In this document: positions 11,259 through 24,125 of the stretch, in pieces
Layout: the number at the start of each line of letters is the position of its first letter
How positions within the stretch are numbered: the stretch's first letter is position 1
Origin: Nemertoderma westbladi
Taxonomy: Eukaryota; Animalia; Xenacoelomorpha
DNA: 64,000 nt
NCBI GenBank assembly: GCA_032718475.1
Contig: JAUCBJ010003340.1
Coordinates: 1 to 64,000 of the forward strand
Direction of reading: 5' to 3'
Position numbers and translations under genes: made by a program
The notes under the pieces: generated by a model
Told to the model about the DNA's origin: nothing
The model's database searches: none
Seen by the model: the letters and a program-made list of their open reading frames with translations, nothing else

Positions 11259-13444
11259 GCTGCCAAAATATATAACAAAATGATTCTATATAGAAATAGA
11301 CCTCAAATAGAGAAACAACTGTGTGAGAACCAAAACGGGATTCAACCAAGTAGATCAACAATAGTTCAGAAACTTGCGCCACGGAGACTGATTGAGGGAA
11401 TTAAGTCAAAGAATATCCCCGCTGTCCTGACTTTTGTGGATTTCAAGAAAGCATTCCACTCCATCCATAGAGGTAAAATGCTGGTAATCGTAAGGGCTTA
11501 TGGAATACCAGAGGTAATTGGATAATTATATTATGACATAGAAGCACAGGTATTCCCACCTGATGTTGAAACTGAGTTCTTCTCAATCCTGGCTGGCGTA
11601 CTACAAGGTGACACATTAGCACCATTACTATTTGTAATTGTGCTGGATTACGCAATGAGGACGGCCACAAAGGGTGAAGATCTGGGATTCACACTACAAG
11701 AACACAGATGTAGTAGATATCCGGCAACTACAGTCACAGACACCGACTCTCCGGGTAACATTGCCCTGCTCTCTAATACGCTAGCAAATGCACAGCTTCA
11801 ATTGAATGAAGTGGAAAGGGCTGCTAAGGAGGTTGGATTGCATATATAAATGCTACCAGGACCGAATTCATGACTTTTAATGTTAATGGAAATTTGACAA
11901 AAATTGATAATAATCAACTAAGGAAGGTTGACGACTTCCAGGCCTTGGATCATGGATAGAGAGTAACAAAAAAGAAATAGAAGTTAGGAAAGCAAAGGCA
12001 TGGGTAGCTCTATCAAAAATGGATACCATCTGGAAATCAAATCTCCCCAGGCACCTGAAGACTAAGTTCTTTCGAGCCTCAGTGGAAAGTGTACATTTAT
12101 ACGGGGGTGAGACCTGGACACTGACGAAATCACTTGAACACTGAATTGATGGTTGCTAAACAAGACTACTAAGGGCAGCCCTAAACATCAGCTGGAGACA
12201 ACACATGAACAACACCATGCCCTATGGTACTATACCACCTGTATCAACGACCCTCTGTGAACGCAAATTAAGATTCAGTGGGCACTGCTGGAGAAGTAAT
12301 GACAAGGTCATACCAGATCTACATTTCTGGCAACCAACACATGGAAAGCATACCCATGGACATTCGCATAACGTTATAGACCACCTTGAAAGGGATACTG
12401 AACTTAAAAGAAACGAAATTGCAACAACTATGGAGAATCGGGAAGCCTGGAAGGATCACATCTCCGCTGTCCGAGTTCGCTCGACCTAGTAGTAGTAGTA
12501 GTAGTAAGGATAGTGGTCTTTCCTTAGCAAGGATCTGTTAAATACACGTTAAAGTTGTGATTGAAATTGACAGGTAAACTCTCCAATAAATGTATACACA
12601 GAACTTTATGCCACTAAGAGTTTTTATTGGATATAATAATTCCCTGGTTGATGTATGTAAGCCAAGCATAATAGGAATGGGCAAGCTAATAAGAGTGAGG
12701 CTCTCCCATTGTGTGGAGATAATTGGGAGAGAATTTAATACATTAATTTTATACAACTGTGGATGGGATATCATGCCATCAAATGTGGCGTAATGTAAAG
12801 AATTATGTCAGCCTTGTAGAAACTCAGATTCAAAAGAGCAGAACGCGAGTGTAATGAACCCAGTTGTTAATGGTGGTGTTGGTATGGAGACATGGGCTTC
12901 CTGGCTACAACTAAACTCCATGCTTGATAGTAAATTCGATCAAAAACTTTAAGTCTTGTTGGGGCAAAAATAGACTGCTAATGAAAAACGTGTATCTGAC
13001 CTAGAAGCAGCCCAAACCGTCTTAACTGATAAACTAGAGAGAGTAACTGCCTACAACAAAGTAAAGATCAATGCTCTGGAAACCTCTAATAAAGAACTTT
13101 TGAAGGAACTCCAGAACATGCGCGGCGAAAACACAGAAACAATTCGAAGCAGCACCACAAACTTCGTATCACTATATTGGTTATTGCCAAGCTGTCATCT
13201 TTCCCAATAGCGGTGTGGAGTTGGGAACCGTCCCCACCCTTACTGACATACCACCACGAACAACACTGTGTTTGTAAGACTCAGGGTACAGGCAGTAGCA
13301 TTAAGGACGAGCTCAGTATCGATAGGCTTGCGGTACCACGCAGCCGAAACTGTGTGACTCCTACATGTCACAACCAAATCAAGAAAGGGTAAGCGGCCTC
13401 AAGTGTAAAGAGTAAGTTATTCAAGAGTTCAGATTGGGACGCAG

Positions 13445-13968
13445 GGCATTGAACTCATTATACTACGGGCTTCCAAAGAACTTAATACAGAAGCTACAAA
13501 GGGTTCAGAACTCAGCAGTTCGTTTAATAATGGGCATCAGGAAACGTGATAGACTGCACATAACACCGTTTCTAAACTCCCTGCACTGGTTGAAAGTTTC
13601 TTCTAGGATCGAGTTTAAAATTGCGCTTCTGACCTTTAAATGTATGAATGGTCTTGGTCCGAGTTACTTAGTAGATCTGCTCGAACCATATTCATCACAA
13701 CGCAACGTGATCTGAGATCTACAAATGGTGGCCTTCTCACAGTGCCGACCAGACGTTTGGTATTCTATGGGAGAATATCATTCTCATTTGCAGCTCCAAC
13801 AATACGGAATAATCTTCCAGACTATATAGAAATTTAATTATCAATTAATTAACAATTAATTATCTGATTTTATTTAAAAAATTTGTGTACATATAAATTC
13901 GTATAAACTTGTATATAGTATATTATGACCGCCTCTGATCATCACTCTAAGTGGCACTATATAAATCA

Positions 13969-14000
<32 letters not shown>
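13445..14000 (+). mobile_element. L2-clade LINE 3' fragment with (TAT)n tail
   Basis: YGLPKNLIQKLQRVQNSAVRLI...HITPFLNSLHWL and FSFAAPTI; TAT microsatellite at ~13970-14000. Confidence 0.85.
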
Positions 14001-14002
<2 letters not shown>

Positions 14003-14014
14003 TCTCTCAACTTC

Positions 14015-14290
14015 ACAGTGGGTCGTTACAACTCGACGTTGTAAGTCTATTCACTAACGTCCCGTTGAGAGAGGCGGTGCAGCTCACCAACATCGTGCAC
14101 ATGGACATGGCCTTGCTATTTTGGTTTGTTTTCACAACATCCAAACTGCGCCAATCGCTCCCATCTCTGAAACACCCTGTCCCAGATATTCTTGCTTCTA
14201 ACGTCGTTTATTCATTCTCTTGTCCCTCTTGTAAGGGGGGAATATGTTGGACACTATATCCAACACCTGTTTGAACACGTTAGACAGCAC
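14015..14290 (+). mobile_element. Penelope-like element remnant (RT and GIY-YIG pieces)
   Basis: LDVVSLFTNVP (PLE RT motif) joined to SNVVYSFSCPSC followed by a frameshifted YVG (GIY-YIG-type endonuclease). Confidence 0.7.
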
Positions 14291-14551
14291 CAGGATGTGA
14301 CTGCAAAGGATGGTGGTGAACAGTATTGAACAAGGCAAGACTACACAACCACATCATGACACACCGTGGCGAGCCCAACACATGTTGGCTGAGCGCTGGC
14401 GCGAGCTACTTAAAAATTTCAAAGTTTTTGAACGGCGTCCATTGTTGCTGTTCTGCAAAAGCTTGAAATTTTCGCACGCACCGGGCCATTATCAACAAGC
14501 AGAAACGTGATTGGCGCTAGTTTGTATTGCTGCTTCCCAGTGGATGGTTAC

Positions 14552-15220
14552 CAGGGACTGTGATCGAATCGAAATCGAATCGAATCGGACGAATTTCACT
14601 GGGTCGAAATCGAATTGAATCGAAGGCTATTTTTTCAGAAATCGAATCGAATCGAAAAATGCCGAAATCGAATCGAAAATCGAAAGAAAATATTCGATTC
14701 GAATCGACTTTCCAAACTACATAAACCAATATTGGATATTGAATCCCTTTTTGGTGTATGCCATACACACTAAAGTTGAAATAACTTTTGTGTGTGTCAA
14801 TGGATTTTGCTCAAATTACGTGTAAACCGTTTCTACTTCGATGCTCATTCAATACATGTAATAAAATGTAAAATAATAAATAAAATAAAAATTCGCTGGG
14901 AAAAAAAAAGTAAAATCAATGCAATCCTATGGGTTAATTATTTCTATGGGAAAAAAGTAGGGCCTACTCCTTTTCCGTTGATTTTGGGGTATATATTCGA
15001 GCGAAAAAGTAACAATATAAAATTAAAATTGAAAATGTATATTTAATGACAAATAATTAAGTTCATTTGAAAGGTCGAATAATCGAATCGAAAGTCGAAA
15101 TTTTTTACCCGAGTCGAATCGAATCGAAATTGTGCTGAATCGAATCTAAATCGAATCGAAAAATATATGGGAAGTCGAAGACGAAAAGTTGCTTTCGATT
15201 CGATTCGATACCAGTCCCTG
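14552..15220. mobile_element. hAT-like MITE with (TCGAA)n subterminal repeats
   Basis: TIR CAGGGACTG/CAGTCCCTG; 8-bp TSD ATGGTTAC/ATAGTTAC (7/8); GAATC arrays at both ends. Confidence 0.8.
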
Positions 15221-15839
15221 ATAGTTACTGGTATCTCTATGTTTCATTCCCCATTCCTTCTCCCTTTGGGACTTCACACTCTTGATGTCATCTCTTGGCT
15301 TGGCCTCATGAGAATGCCTTCCTTTGTGAGACGTAATAGTCAAATTATTTGAGATAGTCAAATAATTTTCTAAAATAATAATCCTTATTTCATATAACTA
15401 TGCAGCTAGGAAATTATTAAGATATACATTTTTTATGATACAAAAAAATTAAAAAAAATTACAAAACATTTTCGTATCATATCGCAATTTCTTAAAATGA
15501 TATTAATATCACATTGTTTCTTTTTTTATACCTTCAAAAATCAGCATATATGCAAAATAACGTTCATCCATCATTACAGCGGTTACACATTATATATGAA
15601 AAATTGATTCTCATTAAAATTTATTAATTCAAGAAAACAATTTACCAAAAATAAACGCCACAATTTACTAAAAAGTCACCAAAAGGTGAGCATCTAACTT
15701 CATTAATCCAGCGAAATTTTTTCAACTACCACTACCGTGGTAAATACAGCTACTGCAAAGCCATACCGTTTCCGCTACCACTACCACAAAAATTTACTAC
15801 CGTACGATCCCTGTTTAGAAAGTGGCTCAGTGGAGATAT

Positions 15840-17270
15840 TCAAGCACTATGGGAAGACACATTCTCGAACTTCCCTGCCGACTCACGGAAATCTAAACGT
15901 ACCAAGCAACCTTCACCGGAATCCATCAGGGAGGCCAATGCACGATGTGCCGCTGTGATGCTGGCAGACAGACAATACCGAAAGGCAGTTCTAGCTCTTC
16001 TCTCTGAGGGGATGGCTGAGCTCTCCCAGGAAACACTATCGGAGATGCTCTCCAAACACCCACAACGCCCACCCCCACCCCTTCCAACGGTTCCTGTTCC
16101 ACCCCCTGCCTCCATCACTCCTGTGGCCATCATCAAGGCTATTAAGACCTTCCCACCCGGTTCTGCTTCCGTAATCCTAAACCCCCTCCAAGTCGGGGTT
16201 GGGACCCCAATCGGTTGTGAGGCTATCATCAGATCTGTTTCAACCACGCTTGAAGACACCTTTATCCCTGCAGACAACAAATGGGTTTGCTCATTGACTT
16301 TACCAATGCCTTCAATTCCATCGACCGATCCCGTATGTTTTCCGAAATCCGATGCATATGCCATCTATATCTGCATGGATGGAAGCCTGCTACAGCACAC
16401 AGGGGATTCTCTGGATTGGTGACAATTACATCCTAAGTTGTGGCGTTCAGCAGGGCGACCCCCTTGGCCCTCTAGGGTTCGCCATAACGGAACACCCCAT
16501 AATCTGTAGGATAAAGGAGGTAGTCCCAAACCTCCTCATCAATGCCTGGTACCTTGATGATGGCCCCCTTTGTGGCTTTCCCGAAGACCTTGATAAGGCC
16601 CTGAATACCCTAGAAGAAGAGTGGTTTACATATGGCATTCAATTAAACCACTCCAAGTCCCAACTCTTCATCCCAGAATTGACCACTATGCCATTCAACC
16701 CCCTTCCTCACACCATCCCTGTTATCACAGAGGGCCTCACACTTCTCGGTTCTCTAATTGGTCCCCAGTCATACTGCGAACAGATGCTCTTATCCAGGAT
16801 TGTAACAAGTCAAGACAATCATTGAGCATCTTCCAGACCTCCAGGACGCACAGATGGAGACCACCTTGCTCTGTTCATGCTTGTCACAACTCAGAACTTT
16901 TTGACCTAGATATGCGGGATGCCCTGTCAGACTTAGTTGGGGTCTCTCTCTCAGATTGATCCTACAGCAAGGCTTGTCTGCCTACCTCCATGGGTGGTCT
17001 TGGTCTGCGCAAAGCTATCGACCATGGTCCTGCAGCATACTTGGCTTCTGTTTGCCAGTCGGAGGCTCTTGTATCACAAATCCTCCACCATAGCCCACTT
17101 AACAACCACATAGTCCCATCCCTCCAGTCTCTGGTGCAATCTGCAAATGAACCCCAATGGACCACCCTCGATGCTCTCCCAAGCCCAGTTACTCAATGGA
17201 AGCTATCCAATGCTATTGACCTGAAACTCCATGAGCAGCTACTGTCCTCCGCACCAGACAATAAACTATA
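15840..17270 (+). mobile_element. CRE/NeSL-like (restriction-like endonuclease clade) non-LTR retrotransposon fragment
   Basis: QVGVGTPIGCEAII, GVQQGDPLGPLGF, AWYLDDG and LP..MGGLGLR spread across frameshifted ORFs. Confidence 0.8.
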
Positions 17271-17519
17271 GAAATGGCTTGATAAATAATTATATCAATC
17301 TCTTATTTGTGTCGATTAATCATTTATTGTTAAATACAATGTTAAATTAATTTCAAAAAAATTACGTCCATTGACCAAATTGCAGTAAATGAAAATTTAT
17401 AGAACTCTCCCCATATCAAATTATCAAATTGTTGTAAAAAAATCACTTGATGGCATGGCCTTGTATAAAGTACGCCTTGGGTGCAACCATGACCTACTAT
17501 AACTGTTATAGTAGGTCAT

Positions 17520-17996
17520 GGTGCAACTCGTATATATTCCATCGAAACCACAATCCCAAAAAACCCTATTGAGCAAAAAATAGGTTCAAACAATAAATTT
17601 ACAAAATTTACATATTTCACAATTTGGTGCTGGCACCAAAATTTGGCACTCGCCGAAAAAAACAAGTTTGAAATTTCTAAATTAATTTTTATGAATTCCA
17701 TATAATTGTAGACATCAAAAAACCGGTGTAAATCAAAAATAGAGATGTTTCAAATCATATTTCATGAAATGTAAAAAAAGTCTCAAAAAAAGTGCCAAAA
17801 TTAGGGTTAAAAAATGGTGCTATAACTCGAAAACTTCCCAATATTTTTAAAAACAGTTTTCACTATTAAGAAGACAATAAATTTTTAAGAAAAGTCATAA
17901 AATTTCAGATTTCCAACAGCGTTTGTTTCAGAGTTATAACAAAAAAAACCACGTAGAGTCATATTGACCCCCCCCCCCTCCCCGTGTTTAATAGGG
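17520..17996 (-). mobile_element. Partial copy of the 2526-3815 piggyBac-like MITE
   Basis: Reverse complement of ~2526-2905; ends TAATAGGG followed by TTAA. Confidence 0.75.
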
Positions 17997-18183
17997 TTAA
18001 GACTCAAAGCTATATTATATTTCAGTTCCTTGCCTCCTATTTGCATCATCTGACAGTCAGTAATATGATTTTAAAAATAATTGCCTGAAATCAGTGAGAA
18101 TCACAGTGCTTGTCTCCCCTGGCACTGGTGCCATTGAACTGGAACCATTTTTTGGTCTGTTGAATTGCATTTATTCCAATTAA

Positions 18184-21100
18184 GGACTACTGAAGCAAGG
18201 AATCCAGAAATAAAGAAAATCTAGACTTCGCTAGTGAAGGCCATGTTATTTACTACTACTACTAGGTCGAGCGAACTCGGACAGTGGAAATGAGATCCTT
18301 CCAGGCTTCCCGATTCTCCATAGTTGTCGCAATTTCGTTTCTCCCAAGTTCAGTATCCCTTTCAAGTTGATCTATATATGTTATGGCAGGTCGTCCACGA
18401 CTAAGCTTTCCATGAGTTGGTTGCCAGAGAAGTAGATCTGGTATGACCTCGTCTTTACTTCGCCAGCAGTGCCCACTGAATCTTAATCTGCGTTCACGGA
18501 GGGTGGTTGATACAGGTGGTATTGTACCATAAAGCTCGGCGTTTTTCATGTGTTGTCTCCAGCTGATGTTTAGGGCTGCCCTTAGTAGTCTTGTGTAGCA
18601 ACCATCAATTCGTTGTTCAAGTGATTTAGTCAGTGTCCAGGTCTCACCCCCATATAAAAATACACTTTCCACTGTGGCTCGAAAGAACTTAGTCTTCAGG
18701 TGCCTGGAGAGATCTGATTTCCAGATGGTATCCATTTTTGATAGAGCTACCCAAGCCTTTGCTTTCCTAACTTCTATGTCCTTTTTGCTACTCTCTATCC
18801 ATGATCCAAGGTACTGGAAGTCATCGACCTTCCTTAGTTGATTATTATCAATGGTTGTCAAGTTTCCATCAACATTAAAGGTCATGAATTCGGTCTTGGT
18901 AGAATTTATATACAATCCAACCTCCTTAGCAGCCCTCTCCACTTTATTTAGTAGAAGCTGTGCATCTGCTAGCGTATTAGAGAGCAGGGCGATGTCATCC
19001 GCAAAGTCGGTGTCTGTGACTGTAGTTGCCGGATATCTACTACTTCTGCGTTCTTGAAGTGTGAATCCCAGATCTTCACCCTTTGTGGCCGTCCTCATTG
19101 CGTAATCCAGCACAATTACAAATAGTAATGGTGCTAATGTGTCACCTTGCAGTACGCCAGCCAGGATTGAGAAAAACTCAGTTTCACCATCTGGTGAGAG
19201 TACCTGCGCTTCTGTGTCACAATATAACAATCCAATGCCAGCAACAATTACTTCTGGTATTCCATAAGCTCTTAGGATTTCAAACTTTTACCTCTATGGA
19301 TGGAGTCGAATGCCTTCTTGAAGTCCACAAAAGTCATGACTGCGAGGAGATTCTTTGACTTAATTCCTTCAATCAGTCTCCGTAGTGCAAGTATCTGAGC
19401 TATTGTTGATCTACTTGGTCGAAATCCGTTTTGGCTCTTACGCAGTAGTTTCTCTATGTGAGGCCTAATCCAATATAAAATCATTTTATTGTATATTTTG
19501 GCAGCTACCACAAGCAGACAGATCCCACGATAGCTTGTTGGTATGCCGAGGTCTCCTTTCTTGGGGAGAGGCTTTAGTTGACCTTTAGTCCAAATTGGTG
19601 GTGGCTTTTCCCCTTTTAACATCCGGTTGCAAACATTCAATAATGGTCTATTTAGCACTCCGGTTTTCCATACCTCCGCTGGGATTTCATCTAATCCACT
19701 CGCTTTATTATTGGACATGCTTTTAATGCTTCTTTGGAGTTCGGCAGGTGTGAAGTCCCCTGTTTCTATAGGTAGTGTCTTGTCATATATTTTCATTGTA
19801 GGGCTGACCTCGATGTTTGGTGGCTGCCCAAGCAAGTTGCTGAAATGATTTTTCCACTTCCCAACACGTTCTTCAGGACTATCGGCTTTGAGGCGCCCCT
19901 TTGCACAACTTTTCCGACCAGATACATCATTTACAGTTTGCCAGGTAAGTCTTGATTGTTGCTGTATGTGAGCAGTTGTAATTGCTTCAGTTTTATCCTG
20001 TATGTACTTTTCCTGGCTGATGTTGTAGGCCAATTTAAGATCGTCCTTAGCTTTCTCAACCTTGGTAATGTTTTCGGTTGTTGGTTGTTCGATTTTAACT
20101 TTGTAGGCTATCTTAAGATCCTCTCTCTTACAAGTAACCTCAGAGTTTTGCCATGGCACATACTGTTTTCGTTTAGGTTTCTGGGGGATATGCCTCTTAG
20201 CTGTTTCCTTGTGGGCTGTTATTATATTCTGGTATATTGAATCGGTGGATTGGTCTTCATCCATTGACTGAAGTGTTATTTTTTTATTTATGTTATTTAT
20301 GTTACCGGTAAACAGTTGAACTGATAAACTTACTCATCCTGGGGTAAAAAAAACTATAGAGAATCTATTTTTGGTATTAGTTTTTCAATTAAATGTTGCT
20401 TTCATGTATTGTTTTCTATATTTTAATGTTTCATAATAATGTAGACTAGCTGTAGGCCCGCCCTATCATACAGGTATAGGCTGATAGGCCAAGTTCTGTA
20501 GTTCAGGTAATCCACTGATGCATGCAGAGTAGCACGTACTGACAAGGCGACGATGTAGTCAGTAATAGTTATATTTCGCCATACAACCATTTACCAGAAC
20601 GAGACTACTGGATTGCTGCATTGCCAATGCGACTCCGCGAAGACTGGATGATGGTTTGCCTTTCATCTAAGGGAAGAATGCAGTCATCTGTGTATCACCC
20701 ACATGGATTTCCCGGAGATGTTCCGCACATCAAGGTGGCCGATGGGTCGTTGTGACCAACTGTTCCATCAAATTAATTTCCCGAGTACCAGCATCCTGTA
20801 TAGCATAGGCCTACCGCGAGCACCTTCGACGCCACCCCAAACTCCGCCTGTCGAACTATCAAAGCATGACTAGCTCTCGAAGGACTTATCTGGTAGATGG
20901 GTTCGTTGAACTTGATACTGGGATCGACTCCTGCATTCACGTTCTGCCATGGACGTTTTTATTATACCCTTGAGATGGTAACTCTTCGTTTTCTATGAGG
21001 AAAAATACATCGGTCCTGTAAACATTTGCTTGAAGGCACTACTATGTTCCGATATTTATATTTCCGCAGACGATTCCAATGGTGATCGCCTGTCATTGCA

Positions 21101-21718
21101 TCACTGTCTGGGACCAAATAACCAACATTGTGACAATGGTGAAAAGAGTCACAGATCCCCGAAACGCTATTGGGTACCTCCAGAAGGCCCAAGAACTTAT
21201 TTTGAAAGTCATTTACTCTGGGAATTCGAAACACGTAACTTGAAATTAACACGAAATTCGTAACTTGAACTACATTGTTCGAAGACATACTCCAAGTTTA
21301 TATATATGATTGCAATACAAGGTTATCCTTTAAGTTACCGTACCGGATTCTGTGGACTATTGCAATATTGCCTTTAGAATGCGCTCATTAAAAGAGGCTC
21401 CAGACTGTTACAAGCGATCTTCTAGTTCAAATAGCGCCAACTAAAGTTCTGAGTAAAACCAAAACACCATCCATATAAAGATGTCAGGTTGCGCCCATCA
21501 AAAACGAGATGAAGGTTGTCCCTCAACTCATGGACCTTCGATGCAATAAAAATGCATCCCTCTCCGGGAAAACTAATACCAGAAATAGATTTCTCCATAA
21601 TTTTTTACCCCAGGATGTGTATGTTTATCATTCAAACTGGTTACAAGTAACATAAACAACATGACCTTCGCTAGCGAAGCCTGGATTTACCATGTGCCAG
21701 TCTTTGCTTCAGTAGTCC
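18184..21718. mobile_element. Long-TIR DNA transposon (Kolobok-like), decayed, with an RTE inserted in its left TIR
   Basis: TTAA-GGACTACTGAAGCAA...TTGCTTCAGTAGTCC-TTGA. The left TIR continues after the RTE (20290-20385) and mirrors 21570-21660. The GC-richer interior looks like decayed coding sequence. Confidence 0.6.
18252..20273 (-). mobile_element. 5'-truncated RTE-clade LINE with nearly intact RT region
   Basis: ORFs 19272-20264 and 18262-19230 contain YRGICLL, FVDFKKAFDS, GVLQGDTLAP and DFADD, with a frame break near 19230-19290. (TAG)n tail; TSD TGTTATTT at 18244-18251 and 20274-20281. Confidence 0.92.
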
Positions 21719-22077
21719 TTGATTCCAATGTAAGCCACTTGGGAAAGATTCAAATCGATATTTTTTTTTATGTCCTTCCTTACCTGCAATTAGATTGAAC
21801 ACTGACATTGAACAACGACTAATATGATTTTAGCAAAAAAAAAAGTACATCATGGATGGAATGTCACTTCATGGCATAGCATGAAATGGATGGCATGGCA
21901 TTATTTTATCGGCATGACATGGTATCACATTTGGAATGTAAAGGCATGTCAGATATGAACATTAGCCAATTATGCATTGTGTATGACAGTTGCGGAAAAT
22001 TATTGGTATTGACAGTTGAGAGGCATGAGGACATAAATTGCTGACAATGGGTAATATTTCCAGCTCTACCTTTTAAC

Positions 22078-22150
22078 TTAGCCGGCATCGGAATGGTTAG
22101 AGCGCCAGACTTCAAACCTGGAGGTCACCAGTTCGATCCCATCTGGACGT
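22078..22150 (+). pseudogene. tRNA-like SINE head or pseudo-tRNA
   Basis: TGGTTAGAGCG, arm CCAGA-CTTCAAA-CCTGG and B-box GTTCGATCCC; acceptor stem poor. Confidence 0.5.
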
Positions 22151-22309
22151 CATTGCCGAATTTGCTAAGCTGTGACCAACGAAAATTATAATAGCATATT
22201 ATGGCACATATCATTATGATATAACACAAGACACATTATGATAATTCAGACCATGGCATTGCTGGCCATAGTATGGGATAGCATGGCAACCACTGTTAGG
22301 GTAGAACAT

Positions 22310-22660
22310 ACTACTACTACTAGGACCGGCATGCTGCATTGCAGCTGCATTTTCAAGAATGCTGTGCCAGCCTGTTGACAAAATGGCGCCGCCACAACTC
22401 CCTATCACCCATGACATTTGCTAAATGATCGGCATCTTCAAGGCCAGTGTCCTTTAAGATACATATCAAGAAAGTCATGAGGCTGCCAAAGCACAAGATT
22501 ATGCACTGGCTGGTCCTCATGACGAAAGCAATGCCCTGCAAAGCGGAGGCGGCTTTGTTCTAGTGCCAAGCTTGGGAGTACCAATGTTATATAGTGTCTG
22601 GTTTGAGATGTGTGCAATGTACTTGACACAGTGAACCCGGCGTAGCATTCTTGACACATT
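22310..22660 (-). mobile_element. RTE-type LINE 3' fragment (second family)
   Basis: RLRFAGHCFRHEDQPVHNLVLWQP and a (TAG)n tail; homologous to 61210-61720. Confidence 0.75.
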
Positions 22661-22994
22661 GAACTACTTTTGCGTTCTCTTTTGATGGACTACGCATTAC
22701 ATGGCATATTGGTATTTAATTTAGTTATATTTGTCTGTCTGTCGTTTGTTCCTTTCAATTCAAATGGGCATATTATTCTAATGGGCAATAATAGTACAGT
22801 AGGCCCTATATGTACAGACACAGACCAGTCACCCAAACAGAAATAAGATAAAATAGTGACAAGTAATAAGATAAAATAGTGAGTGACAAGTAATTCAAAC
22901 AATCTACTACTGAATGAAACATACTCTTTATTCAATCGAAATTTCCAATTTATTATGTCATTTAAATCAATAATGTTGCAATTGAATTTCATGT

Positions 22995-23663
22995 CTATTG
23001 TCCCTGATAAATTCCTCCTACAATGAGACCAATAAGGGCCGCAACCAAATCCCAGGTCGTTGCTACGTTATTGGAACCGCTCTCTGCAACCAATGAGGTT
23101 GCTGTGTTATCCTCTGTGGTTGTTGAATGGATGTCTGCGACCCTTCCTTTCCATACACCTGGAGGACATGTGCCATTGCAACATTGATATTGGCAAGCTT
23201 CATATGTCACTGTGACATCATTTTTTAGCCAATTTACAATATTCAAAATTCTGACATGATCGTCATCTCTATGTTCTTCACTAAGCCCGGGAAGAACCAC
23301 CTGCATGTAGTAAGTGCAGCCATCCTGGTTAAGTGGAACACATCGCACAGAAGAGCTTCCATCATCGTTGCAATTCTTACCAAAATACTCAATTGTAAGT
23401 TCCTCGTCTCCATACTTCTTATCTATCGAATATCCAGTAGCTATATATGATAAATCAATACATTGTGGACAACCACTCTTAGTGCCAGTATCGTTTCGAA
23501 AGGTCGGATTACTTTTTGTAAACGCAGCTACTTTATCATGGTATACTTTTTGTAAGATGCCATTTTCAGAGGAAATCTTCCACCTCACTCCAGCTGGACA
23601 GGTAAAGTTGGAAGCTGCCATTGTTGTTTGGAAAGCAAGTAATAGAGTAGACATAAGTTGCAT
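22995..23663 (-). CDS. 10-Cys secreted/surface protein, paralogue B (222 aa, intronless CDS)
   Basis: Open 222-aa ORF with a signal-peptide-like N-terminus, 10 Cys all shared with paralogue A, a Ser/Thr-rich stalk and a hydrophobic C-terminus (DLVAALIGLIVGGIY). Confidence 0.85.
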   Translation of the reverse strand: MQLMSTLLLAFQTTMAASNFTCPAGVRWKISSENGILQKVYHDKVAAFTKSNPTFRNDTGTKSGCPQCIDLSYIATGYSIDKKYGDEELTIEYFGKNCNDDGSSSVRCVPLNQDGCTYYMQVVLPGLSEEHRDDDHVRILNIVNWLKNDVTVTYEACQYQCCNGTCPPGVWKGRVADIHSTTTEDNTATSLVAESGSNNVATTWDLVAALIGLIVGGIYQGQ

Positions 23664-24021
23664 GTTATTTTAGTTGATAGTGTTATCGCGTGCTGTACAG
23701 GATTCTAAAACAACCGAGTTATTAATTATTAAGTCTATTTGTTGTCTGTTAATTGAGGCCCTCTTGGCAACAATATAATGGGAAGTGCAAAATTATGTTT
23801 GGAGTAAATCGTAATAAAGTAAAAAAAATACTTGAGATTTCGGCTCTATCACACTACAGGCGCCATGTTTTATAAGGAAAGCATAGAGCGTTATTTTACT
23901 TGGCTGTCTTGGGTTACTTAATGACTTGGTTTTTGGGATGTTTTGTAGGTACTGACTGGGATATTGGTTTGTTTTTTAGGTTAGGGTTCGTTGGTCCGGC
24001 ACAAACCATAATTAAAAGCAG

Positions 24022-24125
24022 TAATTGAACTCTAACCCTAAGTCATGAGGCTCTAATCTAATAAATTTTGTGGAAAGAAAATTTCTTGATTAGAGCCTCA
24101 TGACTTAGGGTTAGGGTTCAATTAC
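24022..24125. repeat. ~100-bp hairpin containing TTAGGG-like motifs
   Basis: AATTGAACTCTAACCCTAAGTCATGAGGCTCTAATC pairs with GATTAGAGCCTCATGACTTAGGGTTAGGGTTCAATT. Confidence 0.7.

Larger units (their letters stand above)
8290..12506 (+). mobile_element. RTE-clade LINE, internally deleted and decayed, split by a hAT MITE
   Basis: RT pieces KASGLDEIPADVWK, FVDFKKAFHSIHR, GVLQGDTLAP and LRFSGHCWR; (TAG)n 3' tail at ~12488-12506. Closely similar to the copy at 18252-20273. GC-rich putative 5' UTR at ~8290-8570; 5' boundary uncertain. Confidence 0.85.

Noticed and set aside
12850-13150. Coiled-coil-like reading frame, possible LINE ORF1 or host exon
   Set aside because: In-frame stops and no diagnostic motif; cannot be assigned.
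23975-24120. Telomeric TTAGGG repeats
   Set aside because: Only two or three units, inside a hairpin repeat; not an interstitial telomere array.
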